A stretch of 64,000 bases of DNA from contig NC_043003.1 of assembly GCF_006345805.1 (NCBI RefSeq), forward strand, positions 67,084,001 through 67,148,000. Direction: 5' to 3'. A program made the position numbers and the translations under genes. Source of the stretch: Octopus sinensis (Eukaryota). Positions 25,167 to 38,714 of this stretch are shown piece after piece (the first letter of the stretch is position 1; the number at the start of each line of letters is the position of its first letter). The notes beneath the pieces were generated by a model that saw nothing but the letters and a program-made list of their open reading frames with translations, made no database searches and was not told the DNA's origin.

Positions 25167-27371
25167 TTTATATACAGAAATACATACATATATGTATACA
25201 CACAGACACATATATATATAGAAAGAGAGAGAGAGAGAGCGTTGGTTTTCTTCAAAGAAATGAGAGAGGAGTGTTTAATGCATGTAACGCATATAGAGTA
25301 CTAGCAGTACAACCCGGCTTTGCCCGGGATTAAATTAGGATTATTAAGCTAATCAAGTTCCTTATTTCAAACCAAACTAAGTAACATCGACTTCAAACCA
25401 GGACTCTACGCAAATGCTTGCAACAGAATGTTTACACTACAATAGTTGTCCACAATGACGGCACAAAATCTATAATGCTAAGACGAGTGCCAGGTAAAAT
25501 ATAAGCCTTAATAAGATAAATGTTCCACTGAACGCTGCAAAAGTTTTGTTTTAGCAAACGTCACTGACAATACTTTAGGAGACTTTGGTTTTGACAACAT
25601 TTTTCAAATATGTAGCACATTTGAATCTAAGAGAATAACCACAAAAATATGAAGTAAAGTTTTTAACCACATAGATATTCTTTGCTATAGAAATTATTAA
25701 ATATAATGTCTGATTCGCAATGGACTGTGAATCTCTCGCCTCGTACTGACTTTACAACTAATTCGGATTCATCTACGTGTTTACTGCCATATTTTTTATT
25801 AGAGGTTTTACAGTCGGTAGTTTTAATTATCAGATAGACAAATAAAACATTACATGTGAGACCAGGTGGAGAGCTCGGACATCGGTAATATAGCTCAGTT
25901 CTGAGTTCAAATCCTGTCAAAGTCAATTTTGTCTTTCATTGCTTCGTGGTCGACACAATTACACTGGGGTCGATGTAATTGATCTCTCCCATGAAATTTA
26001 ATAGCCCTGAATCCTGAAATGAACCGGCGTCCTGTTGAGGGCAATATTGTGATCTCCGCCACTCATAAGCTGAAACTTAGAGCAAGTCTTATGTGCCCTA
26101 CGGCTCAAGAAAGCAATGTCTGTGAGATGCTATCAGCTTCAGATGTCCTGTTATAACGCCAAATAGGAAGAAAATTTTTATATGGTTTGATTTGTGTTTC
26201 TGCGGTTGTTACCATGCTGGATTGAAAATATAATATCGAACTCATTGCATTACACAGTCGGCAACTCTAGTGTAATATTTTAACCGTCTCTACAATCTTG
26301 ATATTTTCACATAACACATAATTACAGATATATGATACCAACTGCAACGAGATGTTTATTTGTGTTTCAACGAATATTTGATTAATTTCTAGCTTGTTCC
26401 CATAGTAATCACCAATCTGTTAAATTATTTGGAAGACATTGTACAGTGATAAAGAAAAATAAATAACAGGATAGCGTAAAACTATATTTAGTTTCGACTT
26501 TCGAATAATTTATCCCTTCAGGTTAGGTAAAAAATGTTAAGATTTACATAATGGAACTGATGTAATCAAATACACCCATCTATTAAGAAAATGTCATTGC
26601 ACCAAGTAGAAGAAAATCTTTGTTCAAATCAAATTGCTACAACCAATATGTTAAAAAATGGTATATAATACGTTAAATATCCCTCACAAAAAAAGAGAGA
26701 GAAATAAATTTAAGAATATATATTATTTCTCGTCTTTTCATTTCATTTTACTCTGAAATAGTTATTTTTTCCTGAAACTTGCAAATGCCATAAATAATAG
26801 ACTTTCGAAAATCACGTTGGTTTTCTGAAGCGTTTGGTTTCTATTTTGATATTTTTTTGACAGGTAAATTGATATATAAAATCTTAGGCTGCAACGTAAA
26901 TTCACCGATTTTCGAAATTTATAGTCAGTTTCAGTTACTTTTGTCGTAAATCTTAAATACCACTAGAAATGATGCGAACTTCTACGTGGCCGCTCAAATT
27001 ACACGAAGTGGCAGTGAAATATCTCCTCAAAGTAAAACTGTACTGCCTTAAAACAAAGAGCACATTGAGTAATCTTGGGTAACATATCTACGGAAAGGAT
27101 GAATGGTCATGTCTGAAACGCTCTGATCAGAACGGAATTCGGGGTAAACAATAAAAACAGTAAGTACCAAATTAAGATTACTGTCGTATAGGAACTGAAC
27201 TTGATCATAGTTAAATATTCTCGATAGAGGACATTATTCTAGGTAAACAGTCTAAATGGTGAAGTAGTTCTTGCTTTTGCTGGCGGTGGTAGTCGTACTC
27301 AACACGAAGACGGTCATCATTGAGTGGACTTATGATAAAAACATCGCCTTCATATCGTGTTATTCTTTCAA

Positions 27372-27660
27372 TTATTTACATTATTTACATTTGACGGATA
27401 TTTGTTCTCATATTGTTTTTTGTTAACACAGCGTTTCGGCTGATATACCCTCCAGCCTTCATCAGGTGTCTTGGAAAAATTTCGAACCTGGTATCGAAAA
27501 ATACCTTAGGAATGAGAACCAAGGTTCGAAATTTCCCCAAGACACCTGATGAAGGCCGAAACGTTGTGTTAACAACAAACAAGATGAGGACAAATATCCG
27601 TCAAATATAAATAATGTAAATAGTGTACATAATTCCTTATCTCTTAAATATAGAACTGTA
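27372..27660. mobile_element. H-SINE locus 3: two tail fragments in inverted orientation, flanked by a 12-bp TSD
   Basis: Minus copy at 27372-27492 and plus copy at 27493-27660. TTATTCTTTCAA lies at 27360-27371 and 27661-27672. Confidence 0.9.
27425..27470 (-). ncRNA. Hammerhead motif of H-SINE tail (near-consensus copy)
   Basis: GACAC-CUGAUGA-A-GGCUG(GAGGGUAUAU)CAGCC-GAAAC-GCU-GUGUU. Stem I is GACAC/GUGUU and stem II is 5 bp. U16.1 is changed to C in this copy. Confidence 0.65.
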
Positions 27661-27980
27661 TTATTCTTTCAAATTTAACATACACTGGACTATTATAATA
27701 TGGCAGAGTGCGGCTTTTGGTGGGAGTTTGCGCGAGATCATTTAGGGGCTCAGATTTCTCCTTACCTTGTCAAAATGGCTTTCCTGTAAGGATGGATTAT
27801 TTTCTTAACCAGGAACAAGAAAGTTAAACCTATAATATATGTAAACATATAAACCAGGAGCTAGTACACGTGAACCTCATCGGTGTGACGATTTCAACTC
27901 CCTGATAATTACATCTAATAACGTCGCATAGTAGCTTCTCGAATCACCGGCGAAGGTATTATTTCATCTATTTTTAAAAA

Positions 27981-28480
27981 TCTTTTATTCTTTTACATGT
28001 TTCAGTCCTTTCACTGCGGTCATGCTGAAGCACCGCCTTTTGTCGAACAAATCGACCCCAGGACTTATTCTTCGTGAGCCTAGTACTTATTCTATCGGGC
28101 CCCTCTTTTTCCCCCCTCTTTTGCCGAACCGCTAAGTTATGTGGGCATATACACACCAACATCGGTTGTCTAGCGACGGTGGGGGTACAAACACAGCCAC
28201 ACATACAAACACATACACAACCACACACACACAAACACACACACACACACACACACACACCCACACACACCCACACACACACACACACACATATATATAT
28301 GTATATATATATATACGACGGACTTCTTTCAGTTTCCGTCTACCAAATCCACTCACAGGGCTTTTGGTCGTCCCGAGGCTATAGTAGAAGATACTTGCCC
28401 AAAGTGCCACGCAGTGGGACTGAACCCGTAATCATGTGTTTGGAAAGCAAGCTTCTTACCACACAACCACTCCTGCGCCT
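27981..28480 (-). mobile_element. SINE family B, full length
   Basis: Ends in the reverse complement of AGGCGCAGGAGTGGTTGTGTGGTAAG, with an internal (CA)n/(TA)n. Confidence 0.9.
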
Positions 28481-28845
28481 AGTTTGCGAATCGCAAATCC
28501 TTTTAGTGATGTCATATATTTTCTGCAACTGAATAATGCAGTTATATATAGAGAAAGTAAAAATTTTGTATTTTATTTATTTTATATCGCAGTTGATGGA
28601 ACAAAAACCTCATTGGTTGCATGTTTCCCACGGGAAATTCATCGTTTTATTGCGTTTCCGATGACAACATTAAGAAAACAATAAAATTTCACTCGATTCA
28701 GAACAAAAATATTCAAGAGATTTCTTTGGTTAAGAATCGGTTATTCACCTGCCCTGAGATCCTTCATGGATATACACACATGCATATACAAATCGTCTTA
28801 AGAATTGAATAGAAAGATATCTCTGATGGATGTTATTTTACTCAC

Positions 28846-28945
28846 CGTATATATAGCTTATTGCGAGGCACTCTAACATTGTAACCAGGAGCAATGGAAA
28901 ACCACTGATGCTGAAGTCTATCAGGTTTAAAAGAAACATTCCACC
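28846..28945 (-). CDS. SLC6 exon (TM10): GGMFLLNLIDFSISGFPLLLVTMLECLAISYIY(G)
   Basis: tgattcatatttcag|GGTGGAATG...ATATACG|gtgagt. 100 nt, phase 0 in and phase 1 out. Matches the GGxxxxxLxD...ExxxxxxxYG pattern. Confidence 0.95.
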
Positions 28946-29329
28946 CTGAAATATGAATCATTGAGTACATTGTTAGAGTGGGGTCGTTACAATTATTATA
29001 ATTACCATTATCACCATCATCATCATATTCATCCTCATCATCATTATCATCACTTCCACCATCACCACCTCGCCTGCCACTGCCGAAGCAGTATCATCCA
29101 CCATATCATCCTCATGCTCCCCATGCTCTTCCTTTTAATCAATGACTATTAGATAACATTCGAAACATAAAGGATTGCCAGACTGAGGATTATCAGAGTA
29201 AACCCCTTATACGTTTTTGGCCTTGTGCTTTTGTAAGAAACAAAGTATCTACGAAACAAAATACCAAAACTTATGACGAAAGGTAAATGCGAATATTAAA
29301 TATTATTTGTTTTCTTGCTGTTGTCTTCT

Positions 29330-29790
29330 TCTTCCAATCAGGACCCACGCTATTAGCCACAAAGAATAATTCCTAATTCGAGCCTACTCTAAGCTACTAA
29401 GAATGCATGCGGCGACTTGAAGACCCACCCATCACACGCGATACACTGGCGGTTGCACGGGCGCGAAAGCTACCTTGTTATCCTCATTCTGTAAACTGTG
29501 GCTTTTAACGGGTGGAGAGCTGAACCATCCTGGGGTACAGAGAATTCGCTGTCTAGACTAGGATCTGAAAATTTTAACACACCAAAGTGGGTTACACCAT
29601 TGTTCATCTGCTTTGTAGCAGAAGTAGGAAGAAAGAGTGAGAGAAAGCTGTGGTGAAAGAGTACAGCGGAACATTGTAGAGCTTAGGTGTTTTTGCTCAA
29701 TAAACACTCACAATGCCCGGTCTGGGAATCGAAACTGCGTTCATACGACCGCGTGTCCGCTATCCTAATCACTGGCCATTGCGCCTCCAC
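29330..29790 (-). mobile_element. SINE with family C head 1 joined to a different tail (tail Z)
   Basis: 29615-29790 is the reverse complement of the head of 8393/47079 (GGAGGCGCAATGGCCAGTG...CCCAGACCGGGC...CTCTTTCACCACA). 29330-29615 is unrelated to tail X. Confidence 0.65.
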
Positions 29791-30055
29791 TCTTGCTGTT
29801 GTTGCTTAGTCTCTGATCATTCTTCGCAATCAGATCTATAATATAGGCACACCAACCGTAAATATCTTGTTAGTCATCTTATTTTTTTACTCTATACTTA
29901 CACAACTACATATTGCAATATGGCCACTAACATGCATGTGCAGTCGAGAATTTCGCCCTGTAAAAAAAGTGCTTTCAGATTCTATCCCACTTCACTGCAA
30001 CATAGATAAACATTTTCCACTAACATCTCGGTTTAACCAATATCATGTCAGTGGA

Positions 30056-30275
30056 AAGGCGTCGAGCTGACAGAAACGTTAGCACGTCGGGCGAAATGCT
30101 TAGCGATATTTCGTCTGTCTTTACGTTGTGAGTTCAAATTCCGCCCAGGTTGACTTTGCCTTTCATCCTTTCGGGATCGATAAATTAAGTACCAGTTGCG
30201 TACTGGGATCAATCTAATCGACTGGCCCCTTCCCCCGAAAGATTCGGGCTATGTGCCAAGAGTAGAAAAGAATAC
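30056..30275 (+). mobile_element. SINE family A, full length
   Basis: AAGGCGTCGAGCTGACAGAAACGTTAGCACG...GAGTTCAAATTCCGCC...GAGTAGAAAAGAAT. Confidence 0.9.
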
Positions 30276-30448
30276 CATATCATTGGAATTTGCTTTGGGC
30301 ACTGGAAATACTATGGAATCCCATCATATATTATTCTTCATAAGGAAAGCTAGAGTACTAGGCTAGACTAGTTTCGTCTCAAAAAACAAAAGCCTTGTCA
30401 GTAGTGACTACTCTATCGCCGAATGGTTGGGCTAAATATCAACTGTCA

Positions 30449-30505
<57 letters not shown>

Positions 30506-31197
30506 CCACATAAATTTATGGTTGATTTAGCGAAATGCTAATGTGAAAATTATTAAATAACGAAGGTAGCTTTACGCAATATAAAACAGAACTGAAAAAT
30601 TCAGTTGTCACAAATTGTGTCCGGGATTGTTGGCGATCGTTACGCAAGAACAATATCAACATGCTGTTTGAACACGTGAACCTAAAAATAAAGAAAATAA
30701 CTAGAGTCGCTTTTATAGAATTTATACTATGTAAGCTGAGATAGTACATAAAGTTCTATCGTTTATAAGCCATCTTGGAATACTCTCAAAACACTCACTC
30801 TGTTTCTAGCATCTGATGTGATGGAAATGTCCTATGCAACCACGAAACTTTGCGTCATGTAGAGCTGAGTTAAGCTGTTATTAAAAAGATGTCACCAGTA
30901 GCAAATGTATTGAGTGCCAATCTCTTTTGCTCACTCGTATTATATTAATCCGCCCGCATGTGTATGTGTTTTTTGTACGAATGTACATATGCTTACCAGT
31001 GACTGAAGTTACATCTATTTATTTATGTATATGTAACGCAACAATTCAATAAATAGAGAGCTCTAAAATAAGTGAAAATCTGAATGAAATACTCTGGGTC
31101 GAGTGGATATGATTGATTAAAGCCAGCGAACACAGCGCCACAGAATGACCGCAATCAAACGACTGAAACTAGGAAAATAATAAAACAATATACTTAC

Positions 31198-31335
31198 ATT
31201 ACACAGCATTGGTAAACCAAGGAGGAAGGAGATGGCTATGATCAATGCACGAACACAAATAGTTCTTGGAATGGTATTAATATATGTACGTAGTTCATCC
31301 AATATAGAACTCATCACGCATTCTACAATAGAAAA
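31198..31335 (-). CDS. SLC6 exon (end TM8-TM9): FSIVECVMSSILDELRTYINTIPRTICVRALIIAISFLLGLPMLCN
   Basis: tttgttatttgttttcag|TTTTCTATT...CTGTGTAAT|gtaagt. 138 nt, phase 0/0. It continues SQ|F from the previous exon and has the FxxxExxxxxxxDE and SFLLGLPM motifs. Confidence 0.95.
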
Positions 31336-31754
31336 CTGAAAACAAATAACAAAACAAACATTATCATTGAAATAAAACGAAACAAAGAGAATAACAATTG
31401 TATTCATATCATCTAACCAGTTCTTTAAATAAACTAAGAGCAGTTCTGGCGAAGAGAGACTGAGTAGTTTTAGATTTGTGGGTGAGTTATATTAGCTAGC
31501 GTCAATGTAAGAATGTTCAAGTATTGATTAGATTTAAGCTAGGAATAATGCATATTGAATTGGCAACCACATCAGATCGTTGTATAATTATATTGTGCAT
31601 CAGTAATTGCGGGTATATACGTTCAATTCACGCTGGGTGTCGGCTCTGGATTTGATTGTTTTCTCAGAAAAAGGGAAGTGGATTGATAAATAAAATACTG
31701 GGTCGTTTCTTCTATCTCTTTCTCTCTCTCTCTCTCTCCTCATTTCTCCCCCAC

Positions 31755-31975
31755 CATCTAGTAATACTGGCATTTCTAGGGATAACCCCTCTGATCCACA
31801 AGGACCTTGAGTAATTTAATGTCAACATATTGTGTACTCTATAAAGAGACTAGCCTTCAAACCCTCGGGCTGATATATTCGTTGCTACCGATTGCTTTGG
31901 AAAAATCCCACCGGCTCAACATGTTTCTTCTATTTCTCTCGTTGTCCTTTTCAGTGCTGTCCTCCTAGGGAATTT
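31755..31975 (-). mobile_element. Hero-clade (R2-group, RLE) LINE 3' fragment, copy 2
   Basis: Homologous to 33930-34190, with internal deletions. Confidence 0.7.
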
Positions 31976-31984
31976 ATAACCTTT

Positions 31985-32152
31985 TTCTTCCTTTCTTTCT
32001 TTCTTTCTTTCTTTCCTTCTTTCTTTCTTTCTTTCTTTCTTTCCTTCTTTCTTTCTTTCTTTCTTTCTTTCCTTCTTTCTTTCTTTCTTTCTTTCTTTCC
32101 TTCTTTCTTTCTTTCTTCTTTCTTTCTTTCCTTCTTTCTTTCTTTCTTTCTT
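31985..32152. repeat. (CTTT)n microsatellite
   Basis: Direct inspection. Confidence 0.95.
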
Positions 32153-33477
32153 ATTTACGTTCTCCGAATTATCTAACTTGCATTGCATGATGTTCTTTCG
32201 TCATGGACTATTCACAGCGTCCTTTGTTTCCCATGTTGAAGAGCTGAACGAGAAAACTATTATGTAATTGCAACCATCCAGGGGCAGAGAGATGCGCAGT
32301 ATAGCACAAAATGGAAATGAAGAATATTTAAACAACCCTTAAGGCATTAAAGAAGTTTAGTCCATGGAATCGATTTTAGTAGGTCTAGTACTTATAGATG
32401 TCAATAAGACAGCGCTTAGGTGTAGTAGTGGACTTTCCATCAAATAGCACTCTACTATCTTAAGACAAACGAACTCTATTATATTAAACCTGAAATATAT
32501 ACGAAATGGACATAGATTTACTGATTTTGGTCATGGTCCTCGGTGAATTGGATTTTTTGTCGTTGGGAAATAAAACCAAATCGTGATATTTAGCGCTTCT
32601 CAAAGAAAAAGTGAGAGAATTTAGGGCTAAACAACATTAACGGTATAGGTTTTAGTTTAAAAAAATATATTTAGGTCCCATACACTTTTAAATTACTGAG
32701 GTGTGCTGAATACTTGATGTCTATGTAATTGATATAAAATCAGTAAACGTATGGCGCAGGCCTTTTCTTATGATTAAAGAGAAAGAAATGGATGTTATGC
32801 TAATTCTGGATGTTCCAAGGCAAAGTAAAATATCTTTCCCAAGACTGAAGTATATTCGCTGTTATGGATTACTTGAAGGTTGTCTATACTAGGAAGCTGT
32901 TCGCAAAATATTTAAATGATTTCATAACAACCCAGACATTGAACCGTAGTTCGAAAGCTGCAGATTATCTGGCAGAGCTGAAAAGTTAATTGTTAATGAT
33001 TTGTCCTTTATCTTTTAGTGGTCAATAAATTATGAGTAAATAACATTCTAGTATTCGATCGATTTTTGTTACTAAAAAGATTAAAGGAAAATAAAAATGA
33101 TTTTGCACTAAATTATTTGTTTTCAGTTAAAGACGTTTTATAGAAAACAATGATTATTCAACGAATTAAGTGCCTAAAAATATTTTGGTTCACTCCTCTG
33201 CGATATGTTGGAAACACTGCTGTATTTCATTTGGGTTTTAATTCTGCCAAGTCCCACATGTTTATATTGTATGTACCGAGATCGTGTCAGTCAAGTATAC
33301 ACGTCTAACAAAAATGAGTGGTCTTCTTTCAGTATGAGAAAGTTTTATCTCTTTAAATTTTGCAGATTACCAAGGACATTCATTTGAAGGGGTTGCTATT
33401 AGATTCAGGTTTTATAAGTAGAATTACTTCTGTCTACTGATATTTAATCACTCGTCAAGTATTGTTGGATATGCTCC

Positions 33478-33660
33478 GTCATCATCATCATCATTATAGT
33501 CGTCGTCGTCGTCGTCGTCATCATCATCATCATCATCATCTTCACCATAGTCGTCGTTGTCATCATTATGATGATGATGATGATCATCATCATCATCATT
33601 ACCATCATTATCATCATCAACAACAGCGACTTCACCAACTTCATCATCATCATCATCCAA
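33478..33660. repeat. Compound (CAT)n/(CGT)n/(GAT)n microsatellite
   Basis: Direct inspection. Confidence 0.9.
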
Positions 33661-33839
33661 ATTATTTCTCTTCTTATCATTTTTACCTCAATAACCAATC
33701 ACCACCACCACGTACGCAGTCTACACACAGTCATAATCATCATCATCGTCATCATCATCACCACCATCTTGAAAATGGATAAATTGGAAAATATGACATT
33801 TTCTATTCTTGAAGTAAGCATAGTATGATCACAGGTTAA

Positions 33840-34245
33840 ATGATTTTCATCAGAGGTCACCTTGTCACCTTCACGCAAGTGACCCAGTCAGGGTTAATGA
33901 AGCAACAGCTTTCGTCCAGTTAGCACAACCTCTGGTAATACTGGCATTTCTCTGATCCACAATGACCTTGAGGAAAACTTTGGTGCCACTCAGCAAACCT
34001 TCTTACTAAGCCCTCTGTAATGCCAACATGTTGCATGCTCTGTATAGAGACTGGCCTTCAAACCCTCTGCATCGCGCCACGATGGGCTGACGTATTCGTT
34101 GCTATCCATTGCTTTGGAAAAATCCCACCAGCTCAACATATTTCTTCTGTTTCTCTCGTTCTCCTTTTCAGTGCTGTCCTCCCAGGGAATGGAGAGTTGG
34201 AAAAGAATCACCGGCGCGGATGCTTCTGATATCAATAAAATATCC
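33840..34245 (-). mobile_element. Hero-clade (R2-group, RLE) LINE 3' fragment
   Basis: Minus translation reads ILFQLSIPWEDSTEKENERNRR(frameshift)KYAELV...CRGFEGQSLYRACNML. This resembles the Hero ELTVPWE..EEANERKRAKY.ELV...GCRGFAGQSL motif, and a 3'UTR-like TTAACCCTGACTGGGTCACTTGCGTGAAGGTG follows. Confidence 0.75.
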
Positions 34246-35392
34246 AGTTTTATGATGTTGAGGCAACCGTCTCTGGGAACTTCGGCTGCCTCCCCAAGTC
34301 GATAAACGTTTAGGAGCTAAAATAAAATAATTTTATCGATAGATAAATAATTCAATCATTTGAGTTTGTGTTTGTCTCCCACCACACACCTGGCAGCCAG
34401 CTTTGGTGAGTTTACGTCTCTGTAACATAGAGGCTCGGCAAATAATAATGATGATGATGATAATAATCAGTACGAGGTTTCAAAAATTATTACTGGTAGC
34501 TGCTCGTTCGACTAAATAGTCCTTAAGTAGGTGCCCCAGCATGGTCAAATGACTTCTAACAAGTAAGTGATAAAAGACAAAAAATTTGAATAAACGTCCA
34601 TCTGAATTTCGGACGAGTCACGTGTATCATCAATAAAGAAGTTTGCCTTTGTCAATATCGGCAATCCATTCAGGAACATTTCCTAAAAAGAAAAATTCGG
34701 ATAATTTTTCCTCGTAAAACTAAATTCCAACTGACAAGGGTTAGAATTCTGGGAAAAATGTGTACTCTTTTTATGTCTGCTGAGTAAAGAGTAAGCTAAT
34801 TCTGATTACGGCAATCGAATGATGTAGCTATTATTTAATCAGTTCTCATCAAATGGTAAGAAATAACAGACGAAAGTTGATTTGTTTTTCACTAGATTTC
34901 TAACAACTAGATTTCAAATATAAACAGTTCCCAAGATGGTAATTAAAATCTGTGGACGTCAGAATTATTTTGTAATTGTAATTATCATCGGAAATGTTTT
35001 ACAATTATGATTAAAAATCTTTGAAGTAAATTGAAAATAATAAACAAGCAAAAAAAAGATCATCCATTTATGAATTTTTTTTTTTGTATTTTCTGTTTTC
35101 TTTCTGGTAATGTTTGAGGAAGTTTAATCAACGTTATCATCATCATCATCATCCAAATTATTTCTCTTCTTCCTCACCTTCATGTTATCATTTTTACCTC
35201 AATAACCAATCACCCCCACCACCATCAGCACCTACGCAGTCCACACAGTCATAATCATCATCATCATCATCATTACAAGTACATCTCTGAGCTGTGCGAT
35301 CTTCGTGATAATTATGGTCAACGCAATGGTTATTATCATTTCATAAACTCTTTAACATCGCCAGTAACAAAATAAACATAATTGGTAATCGT

Positions 35393-35405
35393 TTTACTAC
35401 TGCTG

Positions 35406-35455
<50 letters not shown>

Positions 35456-35509
35456 GCTGCTGCTACTGCTGCTGCTGCTACTGCTGCTGCTGCTACTACT
35501 ACTACTACT

Positions 35510-35579
<70 letters not shown>

Positions 35580-35620
35580 GCTACTGCTGCTGCTGCTACT
35601 ACTGCTACTACTACTACTAC

Positions 35621-35652
<32 letters not shown>

Positions 35653-35663
35653 ATAATAATAAT
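35393..35663. repeat. Compound (TAC)n/(TGC)n/(TAA)n microsatellite 5' of the Dong element
   Basis: Direct inspection. Confidence 0.95.
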
Positions 35664-36480
35664 AGTAAAGCAGAGAGTGAAGGTTTCATATTAGCTGTTC
35701 AAGACCAAAGCTTATTAACCCGGAACTACCAAGCCAATGCGATTAAAAATGGAGCTGACCCAAAATGCCGATTCTGTAACGATGAGACTGAAACTATAGA
35801 CCACCTAATCTCAGGGTGTACAGTCTTAGCACCTGTAGAATATAAAGTAAGACATGAGAGAGTCGGCCAGTATTTACACTGGACAATATGTCGGCATTAT
35901 AAAATCAAAACCGATGACAAATGGTATAAACACCATCTTGAAGCTGTGACTGAGGGAGGAAATGTGTCGATTCTATGGGACTTCCCCGTACATACCGACA
36001 AAACTATAAAAGCTAATAGACCGGATATTATTATAAAAGATCAGACGAAAAAGGTGTGTTTATTAATTGACATGAGTATTTCTTGCGATTACAATATAGC
36101 GGCAAAAGAATTTGACAAGATCAGTAAATATCAGACTTCCTAATAGAAATTGAAAAAATGTGGCATCTCAAGGCAACTACAGTATCAGTGATTGTAGGAT
36201 CTCAAGGAATGATAAAAAAAAAGGTACTGAAACCTATTTGAAAATGATACCAGGCTTACCATCCCTACAGGAAGTGCAAAAATCGTGTTAACTGAAACGA
36301 CTCGTGTACTGAGAAGAGAACTATCGATGTGAAAACAACATCCATTCATGAATTTATTTGTTTATTAAGTTTTTTGTGAGTTTGCGTGTGTCATCTGACA
36401 ATGCATACAATGAGTATCTCTGCCCTAGGTGTATGGAAAACACTCTGCGAGAAACGGAATATAATTTGAAAAAGGAAGAA
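35664..36480 (+). mobile_element. R4/Dong-clade non-LTR retrotransposon, 5'-truncated (CCHC zinc knuckle + RLE domain + 3'UTR)
   Basis: Reads KAESEGFILAVQDQSLLTRNY...CRFCNDETETIDHLISGC...WDFPVHTDKTIKANRPDIII...IDMS...KEFDKISKY. Frameshifts follow, the stop is at 36330-36332, and about 150 nt of 3'UTR runs into (AAT)n. Confidence 0.92.
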
Positions 36481-36517
36481 AATAATAATAATAATAATAA
36501 TGATAATAATAATAATG

Positions 36518-36590
<73 letters not shown>

Positions 36591-36606
36591 TAATAATAAT
36601 AATAAT
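36481..36606. repeat. (AAT)n microsatellite 3' of the Dong element
   Basis: Direct inspection. Confidence 0.95.
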
Positions 36607-37029
36607 AGGTCTCTGTTATTAGGGTCCAGTCAACTTAATACGACTGTTAGCATTAACCGGCTGCCCAGAGGTAGTAGAATACGGATTAGAAGCATGAAGC
36701 AGTGATTTACACAAATATAAACTGATAAACTGGTTACGAGTTCAAATATGTTTGAAACATATTGGAACCAGCAAGAAGGCCATTCACCGTATTTCACCAT
36801 CAAGAAATATTCTCGATGTAGACATAGAAGTTAATGACTTCAAAATAGATGCATCCATCGATCTCAATAAAGAGCGGTCCAAACTAATTTTGTGTGCTTT
36901 CACCATTTTATCTACAGTGAGAGTCTTTTTTAACCTTAAAATGTAGGGGATGACCTGCTTACGGATTAGTGTATATGTCTAGCTTATTTGAATGGTAAAA
37001 AATTAATATTAATCATAATTCTTTAAAGT

Positions 37030-37217
37030 TTTGGCACAAGACCAGCAGTTTTGAAGGGTAGAAGGTCAATTCGATAACACCGATCCTAGTGCTAGATTGT
37101 CTATGTTTTAAATTTAGCCCAAGAGGATGAAAGGCTCAATCGATCTCGGTGGAATTTGAACGCAGAACAAAGATCTGAAAGAAATGCTGCTAAACAGTTT
37201 CTCCGGCGTGCTAATGA
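37030..37217 (-). mobile_element. SINE family A
   Basis: GAGGATGAAAGGCTCAATCGATCTCGGTGGAATTTGAAC...CCTGCCAGCTCGCC. Confidence 0.75.
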
Positions 37218-37219
37218 CC

Positions 37220-37883
<664 letters not shown>

Positions 37884-37944
37884 GACTCTCCTGTCGAAGA
37901 TGATGTATAAGTGTTAGGCTCTTGTCGAACGATCTGCCCAAATG

Positions 37945-38157
37945 ATTTGCTTATAGTAATCAAATGTTCGTGTTGCATATTAGCTCACTCTCTCTCCATC
38001 AAATCAATGTTGTCTGAACTGGTGCATGGTGTACCACGCGTCAAGTGAGATGAAGTGTTTTGATCAAGAACACACCGCTCCACCCGGTCTAGGAATTGAA
38101 ATCATGACCTAGCGATCTTGAGTGTAACACCCTAACCACTATGCCATGCGCCTTTGC
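37945..38157 (-). mobile_element. tRNA-derived SINE with head-2-like 5' end
   Basis: Minus strand AAAGGCGCATGGCATAGTGGTTAGGGTG...ATTTCAATTCCTAGACCGGG...GTGTTCTTGATCAAAACACTT. Confidence 0.65.
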
Positions 38158-38189
38158 ATGATAATAAAAACAGCAACAACAATAACAAT

Positions 38190-38406
38190 AATAGTAACTC
38201 TTTGTACTAAAGGCACAAGGCCTGACATTTTGGGAAAGGGACTAGTCTATTACATCGATTCCAGTGCTTTACTAGTACTTAATTTATCGACCCCTAAAAG
38301 ATAAAAAGCGAAGTTGAGATCGGCGTAATGTGAACTGAGAGCGTAAGGATGGACGAAATACAGCTAATTATTTTTACCGACGTGCTAACGGTTCTGCCAG
38401 CTCGCC
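38190..38406 (-). mobile_element. SINE family A
   Basis: AAGGCACAAGGCCTGACATTT...TACTTAATTTATCGACCCC...TTCTGCCAGCTCGCC. Confidence 0.8.
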
Positions 38407-38714
38407 ATAATAATAATAGGAATCCTTAAATCACATGTCCCAGTAACTGAACATCTATATTCCGCGACATATTTCGATTTAGCTGCGATTCCTTAAAAAG
38501 AAAATGTAAATAAGGAAAAACGGAAGAAAAAAAAAGACGAAATAAAATGCAAACAGAGGAATCTCCTTGCTAATCAAGTCCCCGTGGGAAGATACTAATG
38601 TAAATTTTTATTTAACATATATTGAACAATATTCTAAAATTTTATTTAGAATATTTATAAGACTGTCGTATATATGTATATATATATACGTATATATGTA
38701 TATGTATATATATA

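Noticed and set aside
27760-27830. AG...GTAAG micro-exon candidates on the minus strand (also ~17158-17168)
   Set aside because: No SLC6 similarity, and they are not needed for phase continuity between the confirmed exons.
35382-36143. 253-aa ORF as a host gene
   Set aside because: The first ~94 codons are microsatellite, and the rest is the R4/Dong RLE fragment, which frameshifts afterwards.
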